Shown here in pieces: positions 1 to 11,709 of a stretch of 64,000 bases of DNA. The translations under genes were made by a program, and so were the position numbers. The DNA comes from Felis catus. Taxonomy: Eukaryota. The notes below the pieces were generated by a model, which made no database searches, was not told the DNA's origin, and was given only the letters and a program-made list of their open reading frames with translations. Within the stretch, counting starts at the first letter, position 1. Every line of letters starts with the position of its first letter. The stretch covers positions 186,002,001-186,066,000 of the forward strand of contig NC_058368.1 of assembly GCF_018350175.1 (NCBI RefSeq), read 5' to 3'.

Positions 1-384
1 AGAAAGAAGTTTTATAGAAATTACCAGGGGCAGTTTGTTGTACATTGTATGTTTTCAATAAATAAATCATGTTATTAGTTGTCCCACTGAATAACTGTGA
101 TGTCTTAAATTAAGCAGCATTTATTCCTAGAGAAATGTTCAGTGAGGATACTCATTCTTAAGAAGAAATAAGCATCTCTTTTTCTTAGTCCCAGACAGAA
201 TGGAGACTGGCACTAATGCTGACTCTTGTCCTTATTCTTGCACCCACACTTGCAATCATGAGAATGCATTGAATATTTTGAAAGGAAAAGATAATTTTCT
301 TAAAATATGTTTCTAAATCCCTACACGAATTTTAATTTCAAAATGTTTCCCATCCTATATTTTCCATATAAGAGTCTAACTTTT

Positions 385-643
385 GGGGCTCCTGCGTGGC
401 TCAGTCAGTTGTATCTAGCTCTTGATTTTGGCTCAGGTCATGATCCTAGGGTGGTGACATCAAGCCCTGCATCTGGATCTGCACTGGGCATGGAGACTGC
501 TTAAGCTTCTCATTCTCATTCTCATTCTCATTCTCATTCTCATTCTCATTCTCATTCTCATTCTCTCTCTCTCTCTTTCCCCCTGCCCCTCCCCACTCTT
601 TCTCAAAAAAATTTTTTTTAAATAAACAAACAAATAAATAAAT
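385..643 (+). mobile_element. CAN-SINE (older subfamily)
   Basis: tRNA-like head ggggctcctgcgtggctcagtc, CT tract and A-tail. Imperfect TSD at 370-384 and 644-658. Confidence 0.9.
511..564. repeat. (CATTCT)9 hexanucleotide microsatellite
   Basis: Nine perfect copies inside the SINE CT tract. Confidence 0.97.
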
Positions 644-1986
644 AAAAGTTTAACTTTTGATCTCAAGAAAAGTGAAAGCATTGAGTTTAGCCTGCTTGGC
701 TCTCTCACAAACCCACAATGACTTAAAGATTGTCAAACGAGCAGGTCTTTTATTGACTTTAGGTGAAAATGCATTAATCCTAAGGAACATCCAAATTCCA
801 TTTTCCTGTGCCTTCCACTGAGTATAACTTTCATTTTCCTTTCATTTGTACATTTAGCCTTGATCTTTTAATATCAGGTTCCCCCAGAGAGTAGCAAAAA
901 CAAAAACAAAAACATAACAAAAAAAAACCTGTTGCTTTAATAATACCCTTAATTTTGATCAGCTTGTCATCCTCATCAAATCCTGATGACAAAATCTGAT
1001 CCCAGGGACCCAGGACTGAAAGGCAAGAATTGAGTCACACTCCCAGCCTTGCCCCATCTGGGGCTGAGATCAATGATTCAATGATTCAGGGTTTTTTTGT
1101 TTTGTTTTGTTTTTCATTTCTCAGCTTCCTTACTGGCACAAAGATATATACATCTTTAGGCCTTAGCTTTACGACATGACTCTGGAACTTCAGATCTAGA
1201 GGAAGCCTTATAGGTAATTGTTAAAGTGATGGCAATGATGCTTTGGATATGTGCTGCTCTCCCAACATGTTATAAAGCATTTTCACATCCATTATCTCAT
1301 TTGATTCTCCCCACACCTCTATGAGAAAGGACTCCCGCTAATGCCATGCACATCTTACTGACAGAAACTAAAACACAAAGGGATAAAAGGATTTGATCAA
1401 GGTAATGCAGCAAGTTAGACGCACACTGTGAGTGGAACCTGGGTTTTAAAACTCTTATTCTAGTTTTTCTGTCACCACTCCATAAGATTCTAACTAATAA
1501 TGTAGACTTATGCTATCAGCACTGCTAAGCCACATATGACTTATTTCTCAGACAGCACTGAATGCAACATCTTCTGCCAACATAGAAATAGAAATAGGTC
1601 ATCTTCTTAACTCAGTCATTCTTTCCCTTTTGGTTTTTATTTTTCTTCATTTTATTTTACCTCAATATCTGATACATGGGAAAGGACCTGCCCATAAACA
1701 TTTGAGTTATAGAACAGAGAGGCTTGAGAGAGTCTGTTGGAATGAAATCTGGAAGCCAATTATTAGATGCTTCATTTCCTATGAAACTAGTTGGGAGAAC
1801 TTAGGCTGGCCATGTCACTTCCATGGACTTTATTTTTCTTTTTAATATGAGAAATAAGGACACTTTGAGTAGGCAATTCTGGAGTCTCTTTGACTTACAT
1901 GTTTTTGTCTTTATTACATAACTGCAGCATTGAATATTATTGGTACTGTGGAATGGAAAATAATGAATTTCTCTGACACATTTAGC

Positions 1987-2017
1987 GTGCGTGTGTTTGT
2001 GTGTGAGTGTGAGTGTG

Positions 2018-2050
<33 letters not shown>
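1987..2050. repeat. Compound (GAGTGT)n/(GT)n microsatellite
   Basis: Read directly from the sequence. Confidence 0.95.
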
Positions 2051-2919
2051 TAGAGACCCCAATCTGGTCATGGCCAATAAAATCAACAAGTCCACTTAAC
2101 ATCCATTTCCTAAATCTTTCCAAAGTCACTTTATGGGACAGCTATTAAAAGAGCACTCCCACACACACATCTGCCCTTTTTGGACAAAATTCAGCCTTCT
2201 TTCTTTTTTTAGTCTAAATTTAAGGTTACAAAAGCAAGCAGAAGTGAATCATTGCATCAATCACTATCTTCTATGACCTTTCAATAAATTATAAATCACT
2301 TTTCTTTTCTCAGTCATTAAATATGCCTGAAATCATCATGCAGAAATATGTGAATTTCAAAGGTTAGGGAAAGGAATGAGAAAGAGGGGAAAATACAATT
2401 ATATTATGATCATGTTGTCCTCTATTTCCGAAGCTATTCACAATTTTCTAGGCATTTTCAGATACTCATACCAACTCTTGTAGGGCAATTATAATTCTCC
2501 CATTTTACAGATAAACAAAGTGAGGTCTGACAGGTTAAATGACTTGCTCAGATATATAAACCTATTAATAAAGTCAGCTAGGACTTAAGGCCAGCTCATA
2601 TCACCCTTAGCCAAGTATTCGTTCCTTTCAACTTTTCCTTAAAGTCATGTTTTACTAATATAGTATACATGTCATTTTGTATAGAGTTTTGAGTCATAGA
2701 AAATACTTCTAGTAATAGAAAGCATTTTAACTAGCCTTGTTCAAGATGCTCCTGTTACTTCCTCATTCTTATCTTTGTAAAGAAAAACTGACTCTAACTT
2801 GATATATCCAATTATCAACATTCTAAACGTTGCCATCAACTTGAATAGTGGAACATATTAGGTTGTTATGGTATGCCGGGGCATGAGGTACCTTGAAAGC
2901 ATGTGCCCTTTATTGTATA

Positions 2920-2921
<2 letters not shown>

Positions 2922-2963
<42 letters not shown>
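2922..2963. repeat. (AC)n microsatellite
   Basis: About 21 perfect units. Confidence 0.97.
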
Positions 2964-2965
<2 letters not shown>

Positions 2966-4269
2966 GTTGATGTGAATAGCTTTTTTCCTTAATAAAAAGG
3001 AAATTGCTATTTCCTACAAATGAGACCTCCCAAAAATGCTATGGCTCAGTCTCAGAGCACAGGTTCAAACCCTGTCTCTGCCACTTCCTAGCTACGTGAT
3101 CATAGAAATGAAAATAAGGTCAGCCTTCTAAAGCTGTTGCAGGTATATATTTAATAAACCTTGTAAAATCCTTAGCACTGAGCCTGGCATACAGGAAATG
3201 CCCAATAAAACCTGGCTTGAACATTCTCCTCATCATCCTCATCACCACTACCACCCCCTCATTATCAACACTACTCATCTGTGCGTAGATTAATAGGAGC
3301 AGATCTTTAGGACCAAAATATCTCCTATTACTCACTTATTTGGCGTCAGCCAGTGAAATGAAAATTCCATTTTATATTAGCTTCATTTTAGATAAATGGC
3401 CAGGGAACAGTGACTTGGGGCACAGATTCTTGTTCATTAGTTGTAATTGTACTGATTACTAGCCACGCAAAAATGTTTTAATTATTGTTATCCTATACTT
3501 CATGTGCTTCACCTATAGAACAGAGGGACACAATTAATTTTAAGAATGTTTGTAAAGGAAAGTGTTAAAATTATAGCTTTATTGTTAAGATTAAATAAAA
3601 TGATTCCAATTTTACTTGAAACTACTGTATTTATACTCTTTTCTTATACAAGACTACTACAGATTTTTTATCATGACAAAATAACAGCAATCAAGACAGC
3701 CTGACCTTTTCATTATTTTGTGGCCATTCTTTATTAAATCATGTTCAATTACTTCCTCCTAGTGACAAGAGGATGATGCTAGTTTATTGTTTCTTAGAAG
3801 TTACACTGCCTAATATCTGTAAAATTTGATTTAGTATGGGACCAATATTTACGGACTTGTTTTTCAATGTAATTAATAAAGCTGTCCCAGAAGTATAGCA
3901 GGGAAAATCCTGCCCATGTTTATAAAATGTGACAGTTCATATCACCCTACAATCATTTCCATGTTAATATTGTATCTTTTCATCTGCTCTTTCTGAAGCC
4001 AATTTTACATAAATAGGAAATCATGGCTGGGTCATTGACAAAATAAGCAAGCTTGACCAAAACAGTCTCTTTTAAAGAGAGTAATTCTCAGAATCAGAGA
4101 CATTTTAAAAACTGGTTTCTATTTTCTTTGAGAGTTCATCATTCCTCCCCCTTGCTAGTGGGTTTTTTCCCTGCCATATCATCTCAAGCTATACCTGCTC
4201 ACCTGGCCAGGGGATGGGCCATGTACAGCAGAAAGGATTATAATAATGGTAAATTTTGGTTATGACTTG

Positions 4270-4597
4270 GCAGTCCAAATATTTGTTATCTCTTTCTACC
4301 AAGTCTTTCCCTACAAAGGCCTTGCCCAGTGACCCTTTGTGTAAGAGAAGCATGCATTCTACCCCATGGGCAACAGGCTTGTCTATGTGACTTGCTTTGG
4401 CAAAGGGAATATGAGCCAAATCACTTATGTTTATCAAAGCAGGAAATTTAAGAATCATTTTATTCTTCTATTGCCCCCTCCTCAGCCAATAGAATAGTAT
4501 GCCAAAGAATGGAATATATTTTTTTTCAGCTTTAAATCACTGATATTTGAGAGCTATTGCTACCATAGCATAATCTAGCTTAAACTGACCAATATAG
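4270..4597 (+). mobile_element. MaLR MLT1-like LTR relic
   Basis: Contains the atgtgacttgctttggc motif and an MLT1H-like end (catagcataatctagcttaaactgaccaata). Confidence 0.6.
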
Positions 4598-5861
4598 TCC
4601 AATTCTGCCATACACAGATGCACAGATGAAAGCTGGACAGGAAGCTGTCTGTTTAGTGACCTACTCTATGATTTGGACAAGGTCTTTGTCCTCTTTGGGT
4701 ACTTTTCTACAAGATTGGTTACACATAATCATCTCACCTGGAAAATGAACATCACATTATAGAAATACTGTGAAAAGTTAATGAGGTGATTTATATAGAG
4801 AGAGCTTACAAATGCTAGTACATCATATTATTTTAGAAGTAGTAGATCAATACTATTTTAAGGGATCACCAATTCTCAGCACAATATCCATTAGCCAAAT
4901 TTATACAATTAAGCTCTTAAAAATAATACATTATGGTCATACTATGCACACTTGAGGGCAAGTGTTCTTTTTGTTTTAGGATACCAAGTGCCTCTTCTTT
5001 CTCCTCTCTGAAAGCCATGCCAAAGCCACTGTCTTACCTTTGCCCTCTCCTAATTTCTCATTCAGAATAAAGGTAGTTCACATCCACCCTCTCTCCCCAC
5101 ACCCACTGTGGGCCTATTTTTCCTATGCCAAATTCATTTTTTTAGACCTTAACTAACTTACCAACCATCTCGATGGCAACACTCTGGGCCTCTTGCCCCC
5201 ATGGTTACCACTGAAATTCTCTATACATGATAGATAAAATAGATCTGTTAATTTCTAAGTTTCATGGAATAAGAAAACATTAGGAAGTTTATACTAGGAA
5301 CTTGTGGGGACATAAATGCCCACCAGAAGATTGCTTTATAACAAAACTGCCAAATATCAGGAAATATAACACAGCTAAAATATAGCATTTTAGAGGTGAA
5401 AGAAGCTTCAAATTCAATATAGTCTGGGTTTTTTGTTTGTTTGTTTGTTTGTTTGTTTGAGACAGAGAAATTGAGGGTCAAAAACAAATATGACTGTTCA
5501 AGGTCATTCAACTATATGATAGTACAACCACAAAGACAACTCTTACATAGGAATCAGATGTTTGTTTATTTGTTTGTTTTGGTTTTTTTTTTGCTCTATA
5601 TCCAGCTGTCTCATTTCATCCGGGATAATAAAGAACAGAGCTTTATTGCAGAGCTTTATTGTATCAATCTTCAAGAAAGTACAACAGGAAAAAGTGTCAA
5701 TTGTCTATGCAAGGCTGCTACTCAGTAATGTTCAGGAAAATTGCAACCAAGCTTTTATCTGCTTAGATGTGAGCCGAAAAAGACAAATACAGACAAGACT
5801 AGATGCACAGATGTCCATCTATGTAACTGCACCACTTTATGTTTATTTATATACAAATATA

Positions 5862-5884
5862 TTTAAGTTTATTTATTTATTTTT

Positions 5885-5971
<87 letters not shown>

Positions 5972-6098
5972 CAGAGTGCACAAACAGGCTCTACACTGTC
6001 AGAGAAGAGTCCAGTGTGGAGCCTTATCCTACGAGCCACAAGATCACGACCTGAGCTGAATTCAAGAGTCGGACACTTAACCAACTGAGCCACCCAAG
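5862..6098 (-). mobile_element. CAN-SINE with (GA)n(GT)n expansion
   Basis: Reverse-complement head ...cttaaccaactgagccaccca; tail tttatttattt. Confidence 0.9.
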
Positions 6099-8689
6099 AT
6101 TTTATTTAAAATCCATCTGCCAGGAAAGTGGATTATAGAGATAAAGTGAATAAACTTAAAATTGATTTGCACTGCATATGCTATATATTTATGACAAATA
6201 AATCCAGCTGTAGAATATAAAAAAGCAAGTGAAATGTAGATTGGATAGGCTCTGGCACTTCCCTGCAAATCACTGTCTATTCTCAAGTAAACATTGGCTG
6301 AATAATAGTTTCCATGTTCATTTCTTTTTGCCTATTAAAAGTAAAAACAACAGCAACAAACAAACAAACAAACAAAAACTTCATTTCCAGGCATACATAA
6401 GTGCTCATTTGGGGATTATCTTTCATTTTCCCCAGTTTTCCACAGAGATATAGATGCACTTAGTTTTTCAAAATAAGGAAACAGTAACAGAAAAAAGACC
6501 CAAAGCCCCAAAAATACAACAGGGACTTTGGTAAACTGGTAATGATGCACCTCACCTTTCCAGAAATGTCACAATCCAACTCTACTCAATCATGTTCAAA
6601 TGAAAATGAAGACCCAGATGTTTAAGATGTAGATATGTTTAAGATTTTCATGTGAAAATTTTCAATTGTTCAATACTGACTAAAATTAAATGAAACTCAT
6701 CCATGTCTAATGATTCATGCTCTAAGCTGGAGTTGGACAAGTGGCTACCAAGTTACAACCAATGACTCTACCTCTTTGGAGTAATTTCCCTGTAAGTAAA
6801 ATTACAATTGGGCTTGATCTTCAAGATTTAGCCCTAAAATTTTGCCTTTCTCTATCCATCTCTTTCCATTCTCAGTACTGATACTGCGAGCAAGAAATCA
6901 CCAGCTAAGAAAGTATAATCATTAGGTGGTTATAATTGATGTCCATGATTGCATTGTCTGGTTAACAAGGAGCTATTACACAGCTCATGAATTACACATT
7001 GTCTTATATGTTATGTAGCTCTTCACCACTTACCAATGAAATTCCAGGTGCTTAGTGCTTTAAGTCACGTGAGCCTAAACATACTAGAAATCATGTTTGG
7101 AAACTATTCCAGTAAACTCAGCGTTCTTGACTGAAGCTTTATCTTCTAAACAAAGCCACTTATTTATTGTACTCCAATGTTCTTATAGAGCTGATAGAGA
7201 AGCATTTAAGGGCACATCAATTCGATTTGTGATGGGGATGGAAGAACAACTGTAATTTTAAGAAAATGCTATTTTTAGTATTCTTTTTGTCATTATTCTG
7301 ATAGATAATTCATAGCAAGGAAAAGCTAATTTTGGGGAAGATAAACTGGAAGACAAATATGAAAAATCAAACATTTATGATGTGACTCACCTGTTAATGA
7401 GAAGCACTGTCAATTTCTTAAACAGTGGAAATATCGATATATAAAAAAAATAATTTAGTCATGTTTAAGATATTTGTCAATTATCTTTTCCTTGCACTTT
7501 CTGACCTATTTCTGCCCTTTGGGAATAGACTGTTCTTGCTTTTCTGAATAAGATAGATTACATGAGAGGTAGGTGAACATGGTAAACAAATTCTGGTCAG
7601 CCACTGCTTATATGTCCAGCAAATTCTTTTCTGAGCTGTTTAGCACTGCAATGTGTTGTCACCTTCTTAATAAACTCTTTTTGGGAAAAAAAAGTGAAAT
7701 ATTAAAAAAAAATTTCCTCATTGCTGTCTGCTTCCTTTTTCAGTCTCTGATATGCTTAAATTTGCATATCTATAATGCTTGAATAGCATTATTTTCTGAA
7801 AGTGCAAAAATAAGAAGAGGAAATTGGTCAATTGCATCAAACAGAGTGAAAGGAATCATTAATGAGTTTGTGTGGAGAGCATGATGTCTGTAGACTCAGT
7901 ATATCTCCCATTTTTATATTTTAATACTTATTTAATATTTTACATTTATTTGGGGCAGCAGCTTGACAGGAGGGCTCTATTAGTCATATCAGTCACATGG
8001 ATGAATGTGTCTTTTAAATATGGCAAAGTAGGATATTCGATTGAATTAGGAAACACCAAAGACTTGGATAAAAATTAATGTCTTGACCTGGTTAGTTCTC
8101 ATAGACTGTCACAATAAAGTATTAATCCCCAAAATTACTGTAAATAGTAGTCATACAAACCCTTTATTAGGTTTTCTTTCTTATAAGAACAAATAGCAAA
8201 TACACTGGATCTGACAGTTTCTTAATTAAAACCTTATTTAGATAGTGACCAATTGGTCCACTAAGCAAGTGAATAGTATTAGCTCATAGGCAGTAAACAT
8301 GCTTCTGAAAAATGAAAGGCTATCATTGCTAAATTCTTTCTCACTTGTTATTGCTATATACAAATATAATTCCTATTCTTATAAGTTAACATTTTTTTTG
8401 ATGCATATATATAGGGTTATTGTATGACTTCATTGCATTGTTTGTGTAATATTACCTATTTTCAAGCTTAAGAATTAACTTTTTCTTTTAATTAATTCAT
8501 CTCTTTGCCTAATATGTTTATGAGAGGCAATGGGATAAAAATTTGGTATCTGGATAAATAACTCTGCTTTATTGAATATCCTTCAATAAATTATTTACCC
8601 CCTCTAAACTTAAGTTGCTTCATGTGTCAAATAGCAAAAAAATGTATTTCTTAGAGGCTTGTTGTGAGAAATAATATGATAGCACACCA

Positions 8690-9140
8690 TGTTGCACAGA
8701 TGCTAGAAAGCCATAAAACCCATTGTTCCTTCCTAGCACACAACTGAGCTACATTTCCCAGACTCATTTTATCATCACAGGAACATACAATATTCTTGCC
8801 AGTGGAATGTAAGCATAAATAAAGTGTATCACCTTGAAGCCAAACAATTTTCCTTAGATTTGATATGACTTCCTGTGCAACCTCTCTCTATCTCTCAAGC
8901 CCTGTCTCCCCACTAGGCAAGGTCAGAGCAACCTTGGAATTTAAAATTCTGATGTGGAACTTTTTAAAATGTAATATATAAATACTGCAGGGTTACAACT
9001 GAAAGAAAGAAAAACATAAAATTTTGGGTTAACATATATACCATCATATGTCACTAAAAACAAATACATGCATGGGACTGTTATTCCCCTTAAATTAAAA
9101 ATCTAAAGGAGTTTGTTTCTGCATTTGACTTGCTTTGAAA
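8690..9140 (+). mobile_element. MaLR MLT1-like LTR relic
   Basis: ctacatttcccagactc...gccagtggaatgtaagc motifs. Diverged; boundaries approximate. Confidence 0.45.
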
Positions 9141-10792
9141 ACCTATTGAAAACTTGATGTAGAACATTCTAGGAAAACTTAATTTATAAAAAAAAAAGGC
9201 ATTCCTACATTAGGACATCTATAGTGTAACTGTGGTGACATCAGAGGTTCTGGATAGGTCTAAGAACAAGGATTTCAAAGAAGCATCTAGTAAAATGCAT
9301 TCATCTTATTATAAGCAAGGAACTTTAATCCCAGAGATGGCTATTCCTGGTCCAGCTCTATTTACGTTATTCTTATGTTTTCTTCTATTAAAACCAAACT
9401 TATTTTTTTTCTAAATCAAAGCTTAAAAATAAAATAAAACTCAATTACTATGAAGTTTTCCATGGATTTATTTTAAGACATTACATTTCTTCAACTAGTT
9501 TGAAAGTATATTTTTGACTAAAATGAACTCACAGCTTATTGTGACCCAAAGTCACAGGAGACTGTGAGATGAATGCACAGTTGTTTCTCTCCTACCAACT
9601 AGGTTTCTGAATTTTTTGGTTTATTTCAGCCTCTTCAGAAAAAAAATACTGTTAACTTGTATCTTTTTTCCCCCTTTTCTTTCCCTTAAAATAGTTCACC
9701 TCCATTATGAGTAAAGTTTTCGAAAGTGTCTCCCTGGTTTGCCAAAGACATCTAAATTAAAACACATCGTGGAAGGTGGGAGCTCTTCTTTTTTTTTTTT
9801 TTTTTTTTTTTCTACTTGGATAATTATTTGACCAATACATATAGGCTGATACAGGTACAGAAGGTTGGATTTGAGCTTGGTATTAAATAAGGAATATAGG
9901 ACACAAAGACATGAAGTACGTACTACCTATACAGAACACCTCAGGGGGTTAAGGGTATGGGGGAAGAATAGTGGTCAAGCTTTGAAGGTATAGGGTAAAT
10001 TTTAAATATTTTAGAAATGAAGCAATGAACATGGACTCTATCCACAGAGTTGGTATTTCTAAAATTGTAGTCTGACCAGTACTGTTGGAAAGTAAGGTAA
10101 ATTTAGTGATACAGGGACTTTTTATTTTAATATTTATGTATTTCTTATAATAGAAATTAGGAAAATACAATAAGCACATGGAATCCTAACCAAAATGGTG
10201 AATTAAAGACAAAAAAGTAAATAATATCTAATGTTCATGGGTTCACCAAAAAATTTATGAGGATTTTCATGAAACACTGAAGTTTGCATCCTAAAGAAAA
10301 TATGGAAGCTTTCATGGTATTCTAACATGGGAAGAATGTGATACATTCTTTGTGATTCAGAATGATGGCACTTGGATCACAGATTCTCCTAAGAAACTTA
10401 TTTGCCCACTTTTGTAGCCCACACATCAGGATAAGAACATGAAGGAAAAAAGTTCTGCCTGATACTAAAAATCATGTAGATAATTTGGTGAACTGGCAAT
10501 GGTAACATGATCAGAAAGAACAAAGTCTTCTACTTTAGAGTAAACAATGAGTAATGAGAATATACATAATAGAATTCTGCACTGCTTATTAAATTGAGAG
10601 AAATTTTGCAGGTTTATCAATATAATTGTCATAAACAATCAATTCTACAATTGCTACTGATCAACAACTCTAAGCAAGCCACTATACTAATAACATCATG
10701 GGTACAAAGATGATTAAAATAAGTGAATTTTGTGAAATTTGTGATTTATTGGAATGAGGGGGCAGAAAGGGGTAAATAAAAAGTGCCTAAGC

Positions 10793-10969
10793 CCTATGAT
10801 CCAGCAATTGCACTATTAGGTATTTACTCAAAGGATTAAAAAAAAACCGATTCAAAGGGGGTACATGAACCCCAATGTTTATAGCAGCATTATGAACAAT
10901 AGCCAAACTATGGAGAGAGCCCAAATGTCCATTGACTGATGGATGAATAAAGAAGATGTTGTGTGTATG

Positions 10970-11009
<40 letters not shown>

Positions 11010-11368
11010 GGGATATTACTCAGCCATCCAAAATAATGAAATCTTGCCATTTGCACTGATGGAGATGGAGCTAGAGTGTATTATGCTAAGCGAGAAAAGC
11101 CACTCAGAGAAAGACAAATACCATATGATTTCACCCAGATGTGGAATTTAAGAAACAAAACGGATGAACACATGGGAAGGGGAGGGGGAAAAGAAGAGAG
11201 GGAAACAAGCCATGAGACAGAGGGGGTGGGGGAGGGGCCAGATGACTGAGGGGTATCAAGAAGGGCACTTGTGGTGAGCACTGGGTGTTGTATATAAGTG
11301 ATGAATCACTGAATTCTAACTCCTGAAACCAATATTGCCACTGTATGTTAACTAACTAGAATTAAATC

Positions 11369-11411
<43 letters not shown>

Positions 11412-11423
11412 AATTAGTAGGGA
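10793..11423 (+). mobile_element. 5'-truncated carnivore L1 3' end
   Basis: Starts at cctatgatccagcaattgcac (the PYDPAI region of ORF2), followed by L1 3'UTR and a (TAAA)n tail. TSD AAAAAGTGCCT(T)AAGC at 10778-10792 and 11424-11439. Confidence 0.9.
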
Positions 11424-11492
11424 AAAAAGTGCCTTAAGCAACACAAAGCAGAAATTATGTCTTCATAAAGTGGGTAAAAATGCTCTGAGGGA

Positions 11493-11709
11493 GGGGCGCC
11501 TGGGTGGCGCAGTCGGTTAAGTGTCCGACTTCAGCCAGGTCACGATCTCGCGGTCCGTGAGTTGAACCCCGCGTCGGGCTCTGGGCTGATGGCTCAGAGC
11601 CTGGAGCCTGTTTCCGATTCTGTGTCTCCCTCTCTCTCTGCCCCTCCCCCGTTCATGCTCTGTCTCTCTCTGTCCCAAAAATAAATAAACATTGAAAAAA
11701 AAATTAAAA
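11493..11709 (+). mobile_element. Young felid SINE (SINEC_Fc type)
   Basis: CpG-rich ggggcgcctgggtggcgcagtcggttaa...ccaggtcacgatctcgcggtccgtga. Exact 17-bp TSD AAAAATGCTCTGAGGGA at 11476-11492 and 11710-11726. Confidence 0.96.

Noticed and set aside
5562..6059. 165-aa ORF, the longest outside the L1
   Set aside because: It stays open mainly by running through the stop-free (GA)n(GT)n tract and body of a SINE. No recognisable domain or splice context.
9789..9811. Isolated poly(T) run as a possible retrocopy tail
   Set aside because: No TSD or recognisable element body next to it; treated as a simple homopolymer.
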